Of a stretch of 64,000 nt of DNA, positions 1 through 28,387 are shown one piece after another. The notes under the pieces are model-generated. The model was not told the DNA's origin, searched no databases, and saw only the letters and a program-made list of their open reading frames with translations. The number at the start of each line of letters is the position of its first letter. Positions within the stretch are counted from its first letter, which is position 1. Both the position numbers and the translations under genes were made by a program. The stretch lies in NCBI GenBank assembly GCA_020137815.1, contig CM035352.1, forward strand, positions 6,510,001-6,574,000, written 5' to 3'. The stretch is from Hormiphora californensis (Eukaryota > Animalia > Ctenophora).

Positions 1-804
1 GGAACTTGAGTCGCAGCTTTAATATATAGCATGGCCCGTTTTGAGTCATTCGTATGTAAATTATGTTATGTTATTCAAGAAAACACGGTGACTTTTGGGG
101 CTGTGGCATTGCCACCACAGTTGAACTTAATTCGAATGGCTCATTTCCCCTGTTTGTAACATCAAACATGTGCTACTATCCCTGTACTATTCCAAACCCA
201 AACACGCTGCATGTGCAGTATACTGATTTGTGAGTGGCCCAGCTGTTGCACCACACGTTATTTGTTTATACACACACACACACACATGTCTCTCCTTGCA
301 GGGACATGATTACACAACATAGTACTCCACAGCACATATAGATCATACATGACGTAATTCTGTGGGGTACTGTAATCTTGCCTTGTTGGTCCCCCCTCTC
401 TCTCATGGTTAGGAGGGTTAGAACATAACAGCTGTAATCCCTTCCTTATATTGCTCCGTTACACGTCAGCATTATAAGTCCCATGTTATTCGCTGCAATG
501 TAATTATTATGTGTAATACACATTGTGTGTGTAAGTCCTGTCTTTAGCTCTGAATTTCAGAAAACTATGCAAAGTTTGAAATGTAATTGATATATATGTC
601 TACACTCACATGACACTTTATGTAGTGCACTCACCCCTCACACCTGCAGTATGACTTGTCTCTATATGTAATTGAAATAAAATTAGAATGCTGTTTTAGA
701 GAAACGCAAGAAAGACAGTTGGGGGTCTAGGAAAGGAAAATATTAAAATCTAATTGGGTTATTTTAAAGTACATACTTTCTATTAACTTCTAGGGTTTAA
801 TATA

Positions 805-1939
805 ATGTCCCTTTCAGAAAGTGAGCCAGCCTCCCGGCCCGGCCTGTTTGAGAGGTTTAGAGCTAGTTTTAGGAAGGGACGGTCAACCAGCACTACCCCA
901 GAATGTGATCCACTTGATGAAAGTGAGGTAGGTATTCCGGGGGCAGTTTTGAAAGATTGGCTGCTCCTTACTTGTACTGAATTCGCCAGTTGCATTCCCG
1001 ACATATCTGCGCCAAGATATGAGACGGAGAATCAATCTTACAGAACCATATAAACTATTCGTCAATTGCATTCCCGACATATCTGCGCCAAGATATGAGA
1101 CGGAGAATCAATCTTACAGAACCATATAAACCCATTAAACTATTCGTCAGTTGCATTCCCGACATATCTGCGCCAAGATATGAGACGGAGAATCAATCTT
1201 ACAGAACCATATAAACCCATTAAATTATTCGTCAATTGCATTCCCGACATATCTGCGCCAATATTATAGACGGAGAATCGTAAACACTTAACAATGTTAC
1301 AGAACCATAAACCCATTAAATTATTACAATCAGGTGACATGCGAGGACGGGGAAGATAAAGAGAACACTTGCGTGGAGCCAGCTGTACTACCAGCTGAAG
1401 GTGTGGAGCCAGCTGTACTACCCGAAGGTGTGGAGCCAAACAAGGAGGAAAGTAAGGAGGAAGTGGAGGCCGGGGACTCAATGAGTGATGTTATTGGGGA
1501 TGATGACGTTGACGAGATATTTAGCGATGGATCAGGTAATGATTTGATCGACCCTGTACTGTTCTATATAACTATTTAAAGTACAATTAAACTGTAAAGG
1601 CTCTCTCTCTACACACGTGATCCATAAACGTAGCTTCTTTCGCCACATTGACAGGTTGCACTCTGAAATATATTCCTGATATGGTAATCATATACGTTCA
1701 GCAGACTTCCTGGATCTCAATCTGACATCTTTTCAGTGAAAGGTCGAACAGCATACCAGTTTACAAATGCAGACCCCAACAACCAATCATGGAAACAGCG
1801 GATTTACAGGTCTTTCAGAAAGACGAAGAAAAACAAGCAGATTGCTGAGGATGAACCCTCGCCAGTGCCATTCAAACGGAGATATTCTCTGCCTAACTTT
1901 CGTCGAAAAAAGAAAAGTATAACGTATGAAGCACTGTAA
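805..1939 (+). CDS. Three-exon gene (805-927, 1334-1535, 1737-1939), ~175-aa low-complexity protein of unknown function
   Basis: Three ORF pieces join in frame via GAG|gtaggt...aatcag (phase 0) and G|gtaat...tttcag (phase 1). Acidic middle, basic C-terminus, no recognisable domain. Confidence 0.6.
989..1325. repeat. Intronic tandem repeat, 4 units of ~76-86 bp
   Basis: Unit ttgcattcccgacatatctgcgccaagatatgagacggagaatc... recurs near 990, 1066, 1151 and 1236. Confidence 0.9.
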
Positions 1940-2783
1940 GAGATTTGACTAGAGGCAGCTGGGGAGAGAGACTGGGAGCTGAGAAAAACTTGTGAAGAAG
2001 TTTCGTTTAGGCGCCAATTTGAAATTTCTATTAAATGTGCTGTTTTTAAAATATATTTTAAATCAAAAACAACTCAAAATAGATACCGTTTACTAAAGTA
2101 TACAAGTTATATGATAAGATGTTGTACAATGATCCGTTGAAGAAAAATGTCACGTGTTTTGTTTGTTGATTTTGTAAAAAAGTGCAATGTTTTTAAAACT
2201 GCAATTTATTAATTGCAGAATCTAGATGCGAGTTATGTATGCACGTGTATTATAGTGCCCGTTTGTATTGTATTTCTGCATAAGCATTGGTTCTTTGATA
2301 TAAAATTTGATGTTTTCAATTTGCCTTCGATTTACCGTCGACAGTCGGACATCTCGGGGAATGGTTTTTGTAAGGTATTTCTAGGTCTACCGAACCAGTG
2401 TGAGCCACATGTAAGGTAGTTGGAGGTGAAATATTACATCCCTTGTTGGTGTGGTTTCCAGTAAATCAAGATTCGACATATATTATTCATATAAATGTAT
2501 TATAATATGATATAGGTATGATTTGCAGCAATTTTGAAGAAGTATCCTTCTGAAAAACGGCACCTCAAAAGTCAAAAGTGTAGTTAAGAAATTGCACTGT
2601 CACTGCAGTAGGTCACGTCCGATACTGATATATTGCAAGCTGTCACTGGGTCTGGCAAAAAATCTCGATTCTTTTTGTAATTGCTCTCGTCCCGTCGATT
2701 GAACACTATCGGTATTTGGTGTCATCACGCTCTGTCACTGGGTCCGGAACTGAATCCGTAGATCCTACATTCTCACATGGTTA

Positions 2784-3854
2784 CTAAGATTTCTCCCTGG
2801 TTGAATATTCATCTGTGGAGGATGTCGTAGCGACCTTTACCCTGGCCGAACGACCAACAAACACTCGCCGCGACTTCGCAGGCTTGATCCTATGATTTTT
2901 AGTCATCAACAGATATATAGTCGGGTTTAGGGCACTGCTTACAATTGGCAACACTTGGAAAAGAAGGAAGAAAGTTACTACCGCTTTGAAGGGCCTGCCA
3001 CCGATTTCCAACCTCAAATCTTCCAAGTTAGTTGAAGTCCTCTGAGAGTGTTCTGTTATTAGCGACTGTGCTGTGACTAGACCACAAAAGTTCCCCAAAC
3101 TAAGGGTATTTAGGAGGAGTATTTTTAGGGTTCCGGTTATGGACCGGGCAGAGCTATTGCAGACTGGCCGTAGGTACCTTAAGAAGATACTGGTTAAAGT
3201 GAGAGTACTGAAAATTATACCGACTAGCTGAACAACTAGACATGGAAATGCGAAGATTAAAGAGAGATGATTCCTTTTTATACCCCAAGCTGGAACACCC
3301 ATTATCGGATTACAAATCTGAGAGTACGTAGCGAATATTGACGTGTTTTCCCAATCAACGGTGTATACCACAAGGAAAACAAGGGGTGTCCAAGAAATGG
3401 AAAGGACCAGGACGGCAAGGAAGGGCCACTGGGGTATGTCACGGAGAGGGAATGCTATTTGGAGGAACCGGGCTAGTGTCAGGAACCCTGTGGTTAGTAG
3501 CGGTGCGAAGAAGAACACCCAGGTTCCCACTGTGACCAGTGCACAGATCTCCGTACCCGGTCGTACATACAGATAATATTTTTCCTCACACGCAATGAGG
3601 GAGGTTGTGTTGGTACAGTCGGTGTCATTTGCAGGCCAGAGGCCCCAGGCAAGTCTGTAGGACATGAACGGGGCTCCGATTAGGTCGCTGACGGCAAGGA
3701 TTATGTACATGGTGCGGGCTATTGAGCGTCGTTTCCAAATGTTGTGACGTAGTACCATTAGATTGAGCGGGATGGAGAGGGAGGGGAAGGAAAGGAAGGA
3801 TAGGAATAGTGGGAAATCTGGGAAAGAGGTCCCGCCTCCACTATATATTGCCAT
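2784..3854 (-). CDS. Intronless rhodopsin-like (class A) 7TM GPCR, 356 aa
   Basis: Multiple hydrophobic helices; TM2 LAVSDL, TM3 end LARF (DRY-equivalent), TM7 SALNPTIY (NPxxY). Confidence 0.85.
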   Translation of the reverse strand: MAIYSGGGTSFPDFPLFLSFLSFPSLSIPLNLMVLRHNIWKRRSIARTMYIILAVSDLIGAPFMSYRLAWGLWPANDTDCTNTTSLIACEEKYYLYVRPGTEICALVTVGTWVFFFAPLLTTGFLTLARFLQIAFPLRDIPQWPFLAVLVLSISWTPLVFLVVYTVDWENTSIFATYSQICNPIMGVPAWGIKRNHLSLIFAFPCLVVQLVGIIFSTLTLTSIFLRYLRPVCNSSARSITGTLKILLLNTLSLGNFCGLVTAQSLITEHSQRTSTNLEDLRLEIGGRPFKAVVTFFLLFQVLPIVSSALNPTIYLLMTKNHRIKPAKSRRVFVGRSARVKVATTSSTDEYSTREKS

Positions 3855-4889
3855 GTTACTCTATCGATTGGAAATAGTGATGAATATTAGTACGTATGCA
3901 CTATACTAACGACACAAAAACGCATGAAATTTCTATAGAAACGTTAGCGAAACCAAAAAGATACTTAGGAAAGTAAAGAGGTTTATGGCAAGTGGTCTGT
4001 GGTATACTAATTATCTTTAAGTGGGAAGGCATAACCAGTAGAGCTGAAACCACAAATTGCTTTCCTTGCTAGGCAACTAGACAAACTGAATCAGCCAGCC
4101 ATGTTGGGAGATTATATTATGAAATACCGTGCGTGACGTGTCATAACTTACAGCACGAAGACTCAAGACGAAGTTACTACAGCTACAGATCACCCTGTGA
4201 CGCGTTAGTAAGGCTGGAACGTATCTAAAACTTAGTCTTATCTCCTAATTGGTATAATTGTGGAGGATTATGAGTCATATAAGATGGTTCTTAGTCAACA
4301 TTTATGACTAAGAAACATCTTATAATTGCCATCATACCCAATACTTCATTTCATGTTGTATGGTAAAACAGGGCCTGTTACAGAGGACCAGATTATCGAA
4401 GACGAGATATCGAATGCGTTCAACGAGCAGGCATCAGGTAAATCATTGATCCATGGATGAAGCACGAATAGAATGACATAACCGTTTTAGCTTTTATAGC
4501 CAGCTTAAATTTAAAACTGGAGTCCTGTTTATTACCTCATTACCTCCCAGTGCTCTTACCCCCTCATGAGTCCTGTTTAGTTAAAGTGATAGATCACATC
4601 ATTTTAAGTGCCTTTTAGAAGAAAAAATGATTTTTGGCACCTCTTTAACTTGGATATATACCGGCATTATCTCTCTGTTCTAATCTACTACCAATAATGG
4701 TAGTAGAAAAGTATTTTAGAAGCTTCAAGTAGCTCTTTATCTAGCTGGCAGTCTCCCCAGGTGACAGATACCATCCCTTCATTGGCTACCCCACAATCAC
4801 ATGACACAGTTGAAGGACACAATCGACTTTGAGTCGCTTGACACTGTTTCTGTGCTCCGCAGAATAAAAATGAAGTATGAACAATGAAC

Positions 4890-5026
4890 GCTATTGAGCG
4901 TCGTTTCCAAATGTTGTGACGTAGTACCATTAGATTGAGCGGGATGGAGAGGGAGGGGGAGGAAAGGAAGGATAGGAATAGTGGGAAATCTGGGAAAGAG
5001 GTCCCGCCTCCACTATATATTGCCAT
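4890..5026 (-). pseudogene. Truncated duplicate of the first ~46 codons of the 2784-3854 GPCR
   Basis: MAIYSGGG...KRRSIA is identical except one residue, then runs into unrelated sequence. Confidence 0.8.
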
Positions 5027-5922
5027 GTTACTCTATCGATTGAAAATAATGATGAATATTAGTATGTATGCACTATACTAACACAAAAACGCATGAAATT
5101 TCTATAGAAACGTTAGCGAAACCAAAAAGATAGGAAAGTAAAGAGGTTTATGGCAAGTGGTATACTAATTATCTTTAAGTGGGATGGCATAACCAGTAGA
5201 GCTGAAACCACAAATTGCTTTCCTTGCTAGGCAACTAGACTTTAGACAAACTGTATCAGCCAGCCATGTTGGGAGATTATATTATGAAATACCGTGCGTG
5301 ACGTGTCATAACTTACAGCACGAAGACAAAGTGTTATAAGGGTAGTTACTACAGCTACAGATCACTCTGTGACGCGTTAGTAAGGCTAGAACGTATCTAA
5401 AACTTAGTCTTATCTCCTAATTGGTATAATTTTGGAGGATTATGAGTCATCTAAGATGGTTCTTAGTCATAATTTATTGCCATCATACCCAATACTTCAT
5501 TTCATGTTGTATGGTAAAACAGGGCCTGTTACAGAGGACGAGCTATCGAATGCGTTTACTTAATGAGCAGACATCATGTAAATCATTGATCCATGAATGA
5601 AGCACGAATAGAATGACACAAGCGTTTTAGCTTTTATAGCCAGCTTAAATTTAAAGCTGGAGTCCTGTTTATTACCTCATTACCTCCCAGTGCTCTTACC
5701 CCCTCATGAGTCCTGTTTAGTTAAAGTGACAGATCACATCATTTTAAGTGCCTTTTAGAAGAAAAAATGATTTTTGGCACCTCTTCAACTTGGATACATA
5801 CCGGCATTATCTCTCTGTTCTAGTCGACTACCAATAATGGTAGTAGAAAAGTATTTTAGAAGCTTCAAGTAGCTCATTATCTAGCTGGCAGTCTCCCCAG
5901 GTGACAGATCACAAGTATGAGG

Positions 5923-6141
5923 GTGTCAATCAAGCGACTCAAAGTCGATTGTGCCCTTCAACTGTGTCATGTGATTGTGGGATAGCCAATGAAGGGATGG
6001 CACTAATACCTCATAACTCATGTACTATATATAGTACATGACTCATGAGTTATGAGGTATTAGTACCATCCCTTCATTGGCTACCCCACAATCACATGAT
6101 ACAGTTGAAGGGCACAATCGACTTTGAGTCGCTTGACACTG
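5923..6141. mobile_element. Foldback (palindromic) MITE-like element
   Basis: ~95-bp inverted arms tcaagcgactcaaagtcg.../...cgactttgagtcgcttga around the palindrome catgtactatatatagtacatg. The same terminal motif recurs near 7178-7195. Confidence 0.75.
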
Positions 6142-7307
6142 TTTCTGTGCTCCGCAGAATAAAAATAAAGTATGAACAATTCAAGAAAGGCTCTGCAGAA
6201 CTCCCAGATTGTAACTCTCGGTTGAAATATAACTTCAATGATATACCTGACGAGATGAAGCAGCAATCGTGTTCTCAACTTCAGTTTTCCTGTCTTGAAG
6301 TTGGGCAAATGTGTCAGGGGAGAAACCCATTTTCTCGATCTTTCTCTCGATGTCACACGGTCGCTTGTAGTGGGAAAACGGTAATGGAAAACGGAGATAC
6401 AGTAAGACGACACGCAACCGTGGCCAATCAAGGCGCTAGTACGTGCTGAACACATGCACTTTTTGCCGCACGTTTTGCAACGTGCGTGTTTCATTACTGT
6501 ATTTCCATTACGGTAATACGACTACAAGCAGCACACTGAAAGCCGCGCAATTGTTAGAGCTGTGTGTTCCGAGAAGAGAGCATTACCCGCTATCTCCATT
6601 TTCTTCTTCTCCTCTTTCTCCGCCTGAAAGGGTGTTTCAATTCAGAATTTAGAATTAAATTCGACCCAAAATGAGTTAAAGTGACAGTGGACCGAATCAG
6701 AATTGGACAAGTTTGTTGTAGGTAGTAGAGATTAGCTTTCTGAGCATTTTGCGTTTTTGCCGCTCAAAATCGACCCACCCATCACTGAGATATTTTTGTT
6801 ATGAAAGAAGCATAATTTTGTGAGTCCGTAAAACTTTTGTTTGACGAAATTGGTCAAGAATCAAAGGTGTGCTGCTGTAAACAAAAGCACCCAGGTAAAT
6901 ATCATATATTGTGCTAGAGAGTTCGAATAAAATATGCTACTTAAGTTTGGTCTTGAGTCCGCAGGGCGAACAATATTCGTAATATGATGAGATAGGAGGT
7001 GTGCGATTCGTCGGGGGTTAGATGGTTAAATATTATTCCCTCGTGGTTTAGGGTCCACCACGCATTTCGGAGCGTGGTATTTCGACTCGTTCAGACCGGC
7101 CAGTTGGGCCATGTCCCCCGAACAGTCTTACCATCTCTGATGTCAGTGGAATTGTTCAATTACTGTTTGTTAGACCACAGTGTCAAGCGACTCAAATAAA
7201 ACCCAGTATTACAGTCTGTTTAAAAGACAATTTAAATCTGGATAGCGTGTTTTGTTAATCAGGCAGCTGCAGCGAAACATCAATGAAACTACAATAACTG
7301 TTCCAGT

Positions 7308-8726
7308 TTAGACCTTTGAAATTTTGTCTCTCGAGGTTATGATTTGTGCCCTCTTCAAAGGATCACATGCTTTTGTGTCCGCTTCTCTAACATTGTCGCT
7401 TTGAGTTTGAGGATCGCAACCTGCTTCCAAATATTTATTTTCATTCATTTGTAGGACCTTTTGTAGATTTGGCCAAGATTTCACAACTTTGCATGATCTG
7501 TCCTTCACGATCTCGTTAATAGAGTCCATCCTACTCACTTCTTTATCTGACGAAGTTGGGTTTATCGTCACGAGCCCCACTCCACCAGAGGCACACTGGC
7601 AAATACTCTGGCAATTGCAATTATGAGCTGCCCTCGAAACAGGATTTTCATTTTGAAATCCTAACTCTATGATTACTTCAGAAAAGTCTCGATCCTCAGA
7701 AAAGCCGGATGCCTCTGGACCTACGCAGATAACAAACTTAGGGGCATTTCCTCTTTCCGCTGTATCATTCGTGGAAATCTGTGGCTGTTGGTCTATGCTG
7801 GAAACAGAAGAAGATATAATATTTCGAACTTTGGAAACAATTGATCTCCATGGCCTAGTAAATAAAGTTCTACAATCAGTATGAGTTCCAATAATGGTGA
7901 TGGCGTTCGCCAGGGCGTTTAGTTGAAGATTCCGAACCAAGAAAACTTCTCGAGTGGCCACCATGTAATTTTTCATTATATCAGCTCTACTGCTGAACAT
8001 AAATATCACGGAGACTACCCAGAAGGACAGTGAAAAGAAGATGTAAAGCGTGGTCATGATGCAAATTGTCTTGATGCATTGTTGCCTGATGTTGTTGTCT
8101 TGCCGGACACCCACCCGTCCTATGTAGTATATGTGTTGGTACAGTACCACCCCTATTGTTATGAAAAAACAGAGTAGAATCATTGGACAGGGTAGAATTA
8201 CCAGTGACATGTTCGTTGCATGAACTATAATTTCACCCACCGTTTTGTTAACATACCCTCCCGGTCCGAGACGGATGGTACCACTGGAACAGTAACCAAT
8301 ATTTAGGAAGGTTATGGTTTTGGCGTTATAAACTCGGATAAGACCAATTATCACTATGTCCACCGCCAGGAAGGCGAATATGATCCCCTTGCTAAGCTTG
8401 TAATTGAGTTTGATAACCTTCATCAGTCGACACACCGCTAGCAACAGCATAATATGTGGCGAGAGGGAAAGTAAACATGCGTAGACGGAGCCCCAAGCAA
8501 CACAGAAAGTTTTGTTTTGGAACGGAGAACTTTCGCGTCCCACTATCCTAGTGAAATCAATAGCAGAGGACATAGCACATATAACCATATCAATGGCAGA
8601 ATTCATTGCCAGCAACATCTTCAGAACCGGGTTGAAATTCGATCGGGCAAAGTAACAAGTGGTCAGGAGGTTAAGTAGGGTGCCACAACCGGTACAAAGT
8701 GCCAGTGAAATCCAGCTAGAGATCAT
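7308..8726 (-). CDS. Intronless divergent 7TM GPCR-like protein, 472 aa, long C-terminal tail
   Basis: Hydrophobic helices, TM3 Cys (FCVAWG), LLAVCRL at the DRY position, degenerate TM7 NALANAI. Confidence 0.75.
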   Translation of the reverse strand: MISSWISLALCTGCGTLLNLLTTCYFARSNFNPVLKMLLAMNSAIDMVICAMSSAIDFTRIVGRESSPFQNKTFCVAWGSVYACLLSLSPHIMLLLAVCRLMKVIKLNYKLSKGIIFAFLAVDIVIIGLIRVYNAKTITFLNIGYCSSGTIRLGPGGYVNKTVGEIIVHATNMSLVILPCPMILLCFFITIGVVLYQHIYYIGRVGVRQDNNIRQQCIKTICIMTTLYIFFSLSFWVVSVIFMFSSRADIMKNYMVATREVFLVRNLQLNALANAITIIGTHTDCRTLFTRPWRSIVSKVRNIISSSVSSIDQQPQISTNDTAERGNAPKFVICVGPEASGFSEDRDFSEVIIELGFQNENPVSRAAHNCNCQSICQCASGGVGLVTINPTSSDKEVSRMDSINEIVKDRSCKVVKSWPNLQKVLQMNENKYLEAGCDPQTQSDNVREADTKACDPLKRAQIITSRDKISKV

Positions 8727-11041
8727 GAGTTGCTGAAAAAGATCCGGTTAATTATTACTCTAGTTACCCCCATCTCTCTCTCTGTCTGTCTCTCTTTCCC
8801 CTCTTTCTCTCTCTCTCTCTATCTCTTTTTTTCCCGTTATAAAGAAGGGTTAGAACAATTATATAGTCAATAATTTGTGGGCTGTTAAAAAAGATTGCAT
8901 AACACGAAAGTAACTCAAGATTTCAATCGCAAACAATCATTGTAAGTTCTTCTAACGCAGCCTGAGTCGCGTGAGAGAGCTTGTCAGTTTGTCACGCAGC
9001 ATTTGCATACAGTCTGTAGGCAGATATGTACCTTATAAATATAAAGGTGATCTCCTTCTGTTGCTGATACACACACACACAAGCTCTCTAAACAACAATT
9101 TAATGGAGAAGGCCAAGGGGGGTTGGAAGCTTAGTGAATAACTTAGTACATATATACCTGAAGGTCCCTGGTTACATCCCTGCCAAACCCACTATTATTC
9201 GATCGACATGTAGGTGTGTTTTTCATTTCATCAATCCCATTAAAGTATGATATTGCAGTGAGTCATGACACCTCAAGATATAATGATAGAGAGATCTATT
9301 CTAGAACAAAGACTTTTAAAGGTTGACGTCAACGCACGTGCTAAAAAGATCATTCAGGGTTTAGAAATCAGCAGATTGTGTAGTTAACTAAAATGTCCGT
9401 CCGTCCGTCCACCGTTACACATAGCAACAAAGTCTGCTCCTTCATAAATCTTTCAACTCACACTTTGTTGATGCAACAAAGGAAATGATTAACACATATT
9501 GTGGCGCGCAATTACTCACTCGTAACACTTCCTATTTTCACCTGAAATCACTTTGGGTACCCTACAGCCGTACCATGACGTGGTAGCAAGTCTTCCAAGC
9601 ATGAAACTACTATCACACAATAATTGCAAGTGACTGGTTGTTAAGATTACTGAGGCCTGAGGGTAAAGGTGAAGCGCTTGGTCACCAACTAGGGTCTCCT
9701 AAGCAACTGTCTTGGTTATCATAGCAACTGCCTTGGTTACCATAGCAACCACCCTGGTTACCATAGCAACTAACATCGTATCAGCCAAAAATTGCTCTTA
9801 GAGTGCAAAATTCATCAGAAAATCTGAATTTGAAGCTTAGTCATCAATTTTACACCCATCTAGGGCAGGGAAACACCGCATTATGAATACATAATGCAAT
9901 AATTCTTGTTTGTCGGCTAGAAATATGTGCAAAATAGGGGGTATACTGATAAACGAGAGGCGTAATTAAAAAATTGATACCGTAATATCTCCGGTTCCTG
10001 ATGAGATACAGAAACCGTTTTGGTAGCGTTGGAAAGGTCTTCTTGAGACCAATCCAACGCAACCAAGAGCAAGTAGCTATCTTTTGAGGAACCGGAAACG
10101 TGAATTTCAGTGCTGACAATATCGGTAGACCCCCTATTTCGAAATTTTTTCTAGACGACAACAAATTCTGAAAAAATGCTTAAGATTAATGATTAATCGA
10201 AAAAAGACTATAGCCGAAAAGTTTTAGGTATCTTGTCAACGAGAAATTAAATAGGGAGATGAAAGAAAATGCAATTAAAGCCGGATTTTTTTGAAGTTGT
10301 CACCCCCTTTTTACGCGCAGCGTTGTATTTGCACGTGACAGCCCCCACTTCCTCTCACTTTTCGGCAAAAATCCGCATATCATCGGAAAGAGCATAATTT
10401 TTTGAGTCCGTAAAGTTTTTGTTTGACGAAATTGGTCAAGAAACAAAGGCGTGAGAGCCAAAACAAGTTTCCGGTGTGCAAATAAAATGTCGCGTGCCAC
10501 CCAGGGGGGTGACTTACTATGTGCCGTTATTTACATAAATACGGTCTATAGCCCAGCTGTTCATTCTGAGAATTCTAATACAAAAAAAGGCCCAAGCTAT
10601 CCCAGTTATCCTGACTTAATATTTTGGTGGTTACTGCTATGCAGTAGGGTATACGACATTTTCTTTTACAAGACTGAAGACAGTAACACAAAAGTTAATA
10701 TAGCCCACGATGCCCTTACCGTCCCCTAAACTGCTTGCCTGTTATTTTCAAATCCGTTGGTTAAAGGGTCCTACCAATCAGAGGACGCTTAGTAATGGTA
10801 GACCATTACAAAGCCTCCTCTGATTCGTCCCTTTTTCTCACGTGGCCATCCACGTGGTCAACTATTATATTCGAGTACAATAAACGGTTCCCATTTCCCA
10901 AGCAAATATATATTATATGCACACAACGCTTGCGATTCTCACTAACTCACCACTCCCACATCTAGGTAGCGCAGGGGTTAAGTAATGCATCCCAGCAGTA
11001 AATAATAAATATATGCTTTAACGGGTTTAGTTTACTTCTCA

Positions 11042-11213
<172 letters not shown>

Positions 11214-11641
11214 TCGAGCTGTATAATAGAGCTCGCGATGAGGGGTAGTTTCATTACCAAAGTTACCCGCCCTATAAAAACTATCTCAGCAACGAATGTT
11301 GAGAGCGGGAAAAAGACAAAATACTGATTGGAGAGCTAAAATAATTCTCTACCACCCACAACAATATTGTCAAATTCGAATTAATTTAGTTTATGTCCTT
11401 GTTATACTCTAACCCTCGATTGCATTTGCAGGGGCGCTGTGAAACAGGGTCGAGCAAGGCAATTATGTCCACTCCCATCAAAGTCTGTACTCTGTTGGTT
11501 ACAACGTATAGTATGAGGCACGTCCCTTTAACGTCTGTTGAAAGTTTACGTCGTGATGTAATATGCAAGATTGGCCAAAATGTTGAAAACCATGACACAA
11601 TGGCCGAATGGACAGACTGTGTAGCATGGCAAGTCTTTTCA

Positions 11642-11866
11642 CAGTGGTCATCCAACATAATTGCCATACCTCGACGTGAAATTCGACGAGAATCTCGACC
11701 TGGAATGAGGCGCGCATTCGTAGTGAGAGAGACACAAAGACTAGCGAGAGAAAAGAGTTGAAGCGCGACATCATTTTCTTACTGCGGCACATCTCTCTGA
11801 TGCGCGGCTCATTCCAGGTCGAGATCTAGGTCGAATTTCACGTCGGAATATGTCGGAGGACCACTG
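11642..11866. mobile_element. MITE with ~70-bp imperfect TIRs (CAGTGGTC...GACCACTG)
   Basis: cagtggtcatccaacata...cgacgtgaaattcgac is mirrored by gtcgaatttcacgtcg...tatgtcggaggaccactg. Confidence 0.7.
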
Positions 11867-12693
11867 TTACCTCAGAACATCTTTAGTGCGACACAAATAC
11901 GTGTACTACGGATCACAACGTAGTCTTGTGCACATGCAATTTTTCCAGTGTTGTCACGATTATTGCTTGGATATAGATAAGATGACTCAGCATTATCGAA
12001 GGTTTTGTCTGCTAGGTTAGATTGACAGGCTGTCTCCCACGACCCACAGAGACGACGACGACAGAGAAGGGGATTCATCTGTATCAGGGCAAAATAAATT
12101 TTTTGTCGTGATAATCGGGATATCTGGCCTACGGATTTTATGAGGGGGTATATTTCAATTTTAGTATCATGGACAGGAGTTGGTAGGTACAGCTTCAATG
12201 TAGCACATAACCGCGATGAGCGTGTGTTTGAGGCAGTATCAGGATTGTATGTAACGCGCGGAGTGACATTAAGCAGTACTCTCAGCGCGCAGCTTACACT
12301 CTCCTTACCGTGGGAATATTTTACACTGCAGTAAGCAGTTCTCCCAGTTCCCACCAGCTCTGGTTGATGGACCATCAATGATGGTTCTCCAATGAATCGG
12401 CTCCGCCTGTCGCCAGACATATCTTACTCAACCCACCACTTGGACCAGGAGGCAATATTTTCAATTTTGAGCATGGGTTAGATAAGGTAGGCCTGTTGAC
12501 CTTGTTCGAAATGGCTAGCAGAAAGAATTCTACCCCGTGACCAAATTAATTTATAAAATAAAAACATTCTAAGTTTGAGTGTTTGCTAATGATAGTGAAA
12601 AACAAAAGGTACATTTCACTTAAAAATCAAACAGAGTCTTCATTAATCGGGTCTTCATATCTATGACACCTCGTCCAAAAGAAGGTGCTCCCT

Positions 12694-27598
<14,905 letters not shown>

Positions 27599-28387
27599 AT
27601 CACGTCTGTCTCTCTCTCTCTCCTCGGTTGAGAAATGATTACAGTGTGGGGTCCTCAAGTTCTTTTAAGCTCCCTTCCCAGCTCCCAACTCCTAATGACG
27701 TGTTGGACACAGTTTTCCATGTTGAACGGAGCTCACATGTCCACCTGATGGTCAAGCGATGCTTTTTCACCGGGTCAGAGAGGGAGGCATGGAGAGAGAG
27801 AGAGGGAGAGAGGTAGAGATAACTATAGAGAGAAATATAGAGAGAGAGGGGTCTTGGATGGTTAAATCGATTAAGGAATAGTTTGAAGCGGCTATACGGT
27901 TACCGCCACGTCGCCCCCTGGAAGGATTAGGAGAAGTGGGCCTGTGTGGTGGAAGAAGGTTAGTAAGAGTCTTACTAAGACTAAGAACGAGGCAGAACAG
28001 CTGAAAACAGATCAGCTCCTTTTCTCACTTGTTGAGTAAGGCCAAGGGTGGGAGGGTCGTGTGGAACACTTCCAACATCACACTTACCCCCCTTCCAACA
28101 GCACACCAATTTCACAATCAATTATTATCCAACTGCCAATTCGCCTCACCCGGTGCGGCTTTGTGAACATGAGGGGCGCGACGTGCCCAAGGTGCGGCTG
28201 CGTGCACGATATTATAACAGTCAAATATTACATTCAGACAGAGAGTCTGATAACATTGTTAGTGTTCTACAAAATGATAGCAGATATAATTTATAAGGGG
28301 TAAACTTTAAACTTTTCTACAGTAGTATTTACACAAAGTTATGATACATATATAATCTCATGGTCTCACTGCTCAGCTGCTCATTGC

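Larger units (their letters stand above)
3718..6180. repeat. Tandem segmental duplication (3718-4885 and 4890-6180) covering the GPCR 5' end and upstream region
   Basis: Near-identical blocks starting gctattgagcgtcgtttcc and ending aagtatgaacaat. The second copy has an extra 155 bp (5910-6064). Confidence 0.9.

Noticed and set aside
6045-6494. Overlapping 134-aa and 137-aa ORFs
   Set aside because: They overlap the palindromic element and have no domain signal; likely chance ORFs.
11386-12420. ORFs of 93-182 aa, possibly a decayed GPCR
   Set aside because: Only faint TM3-like snippets in shifting frames, partly overlapping a MITE; not supportable.
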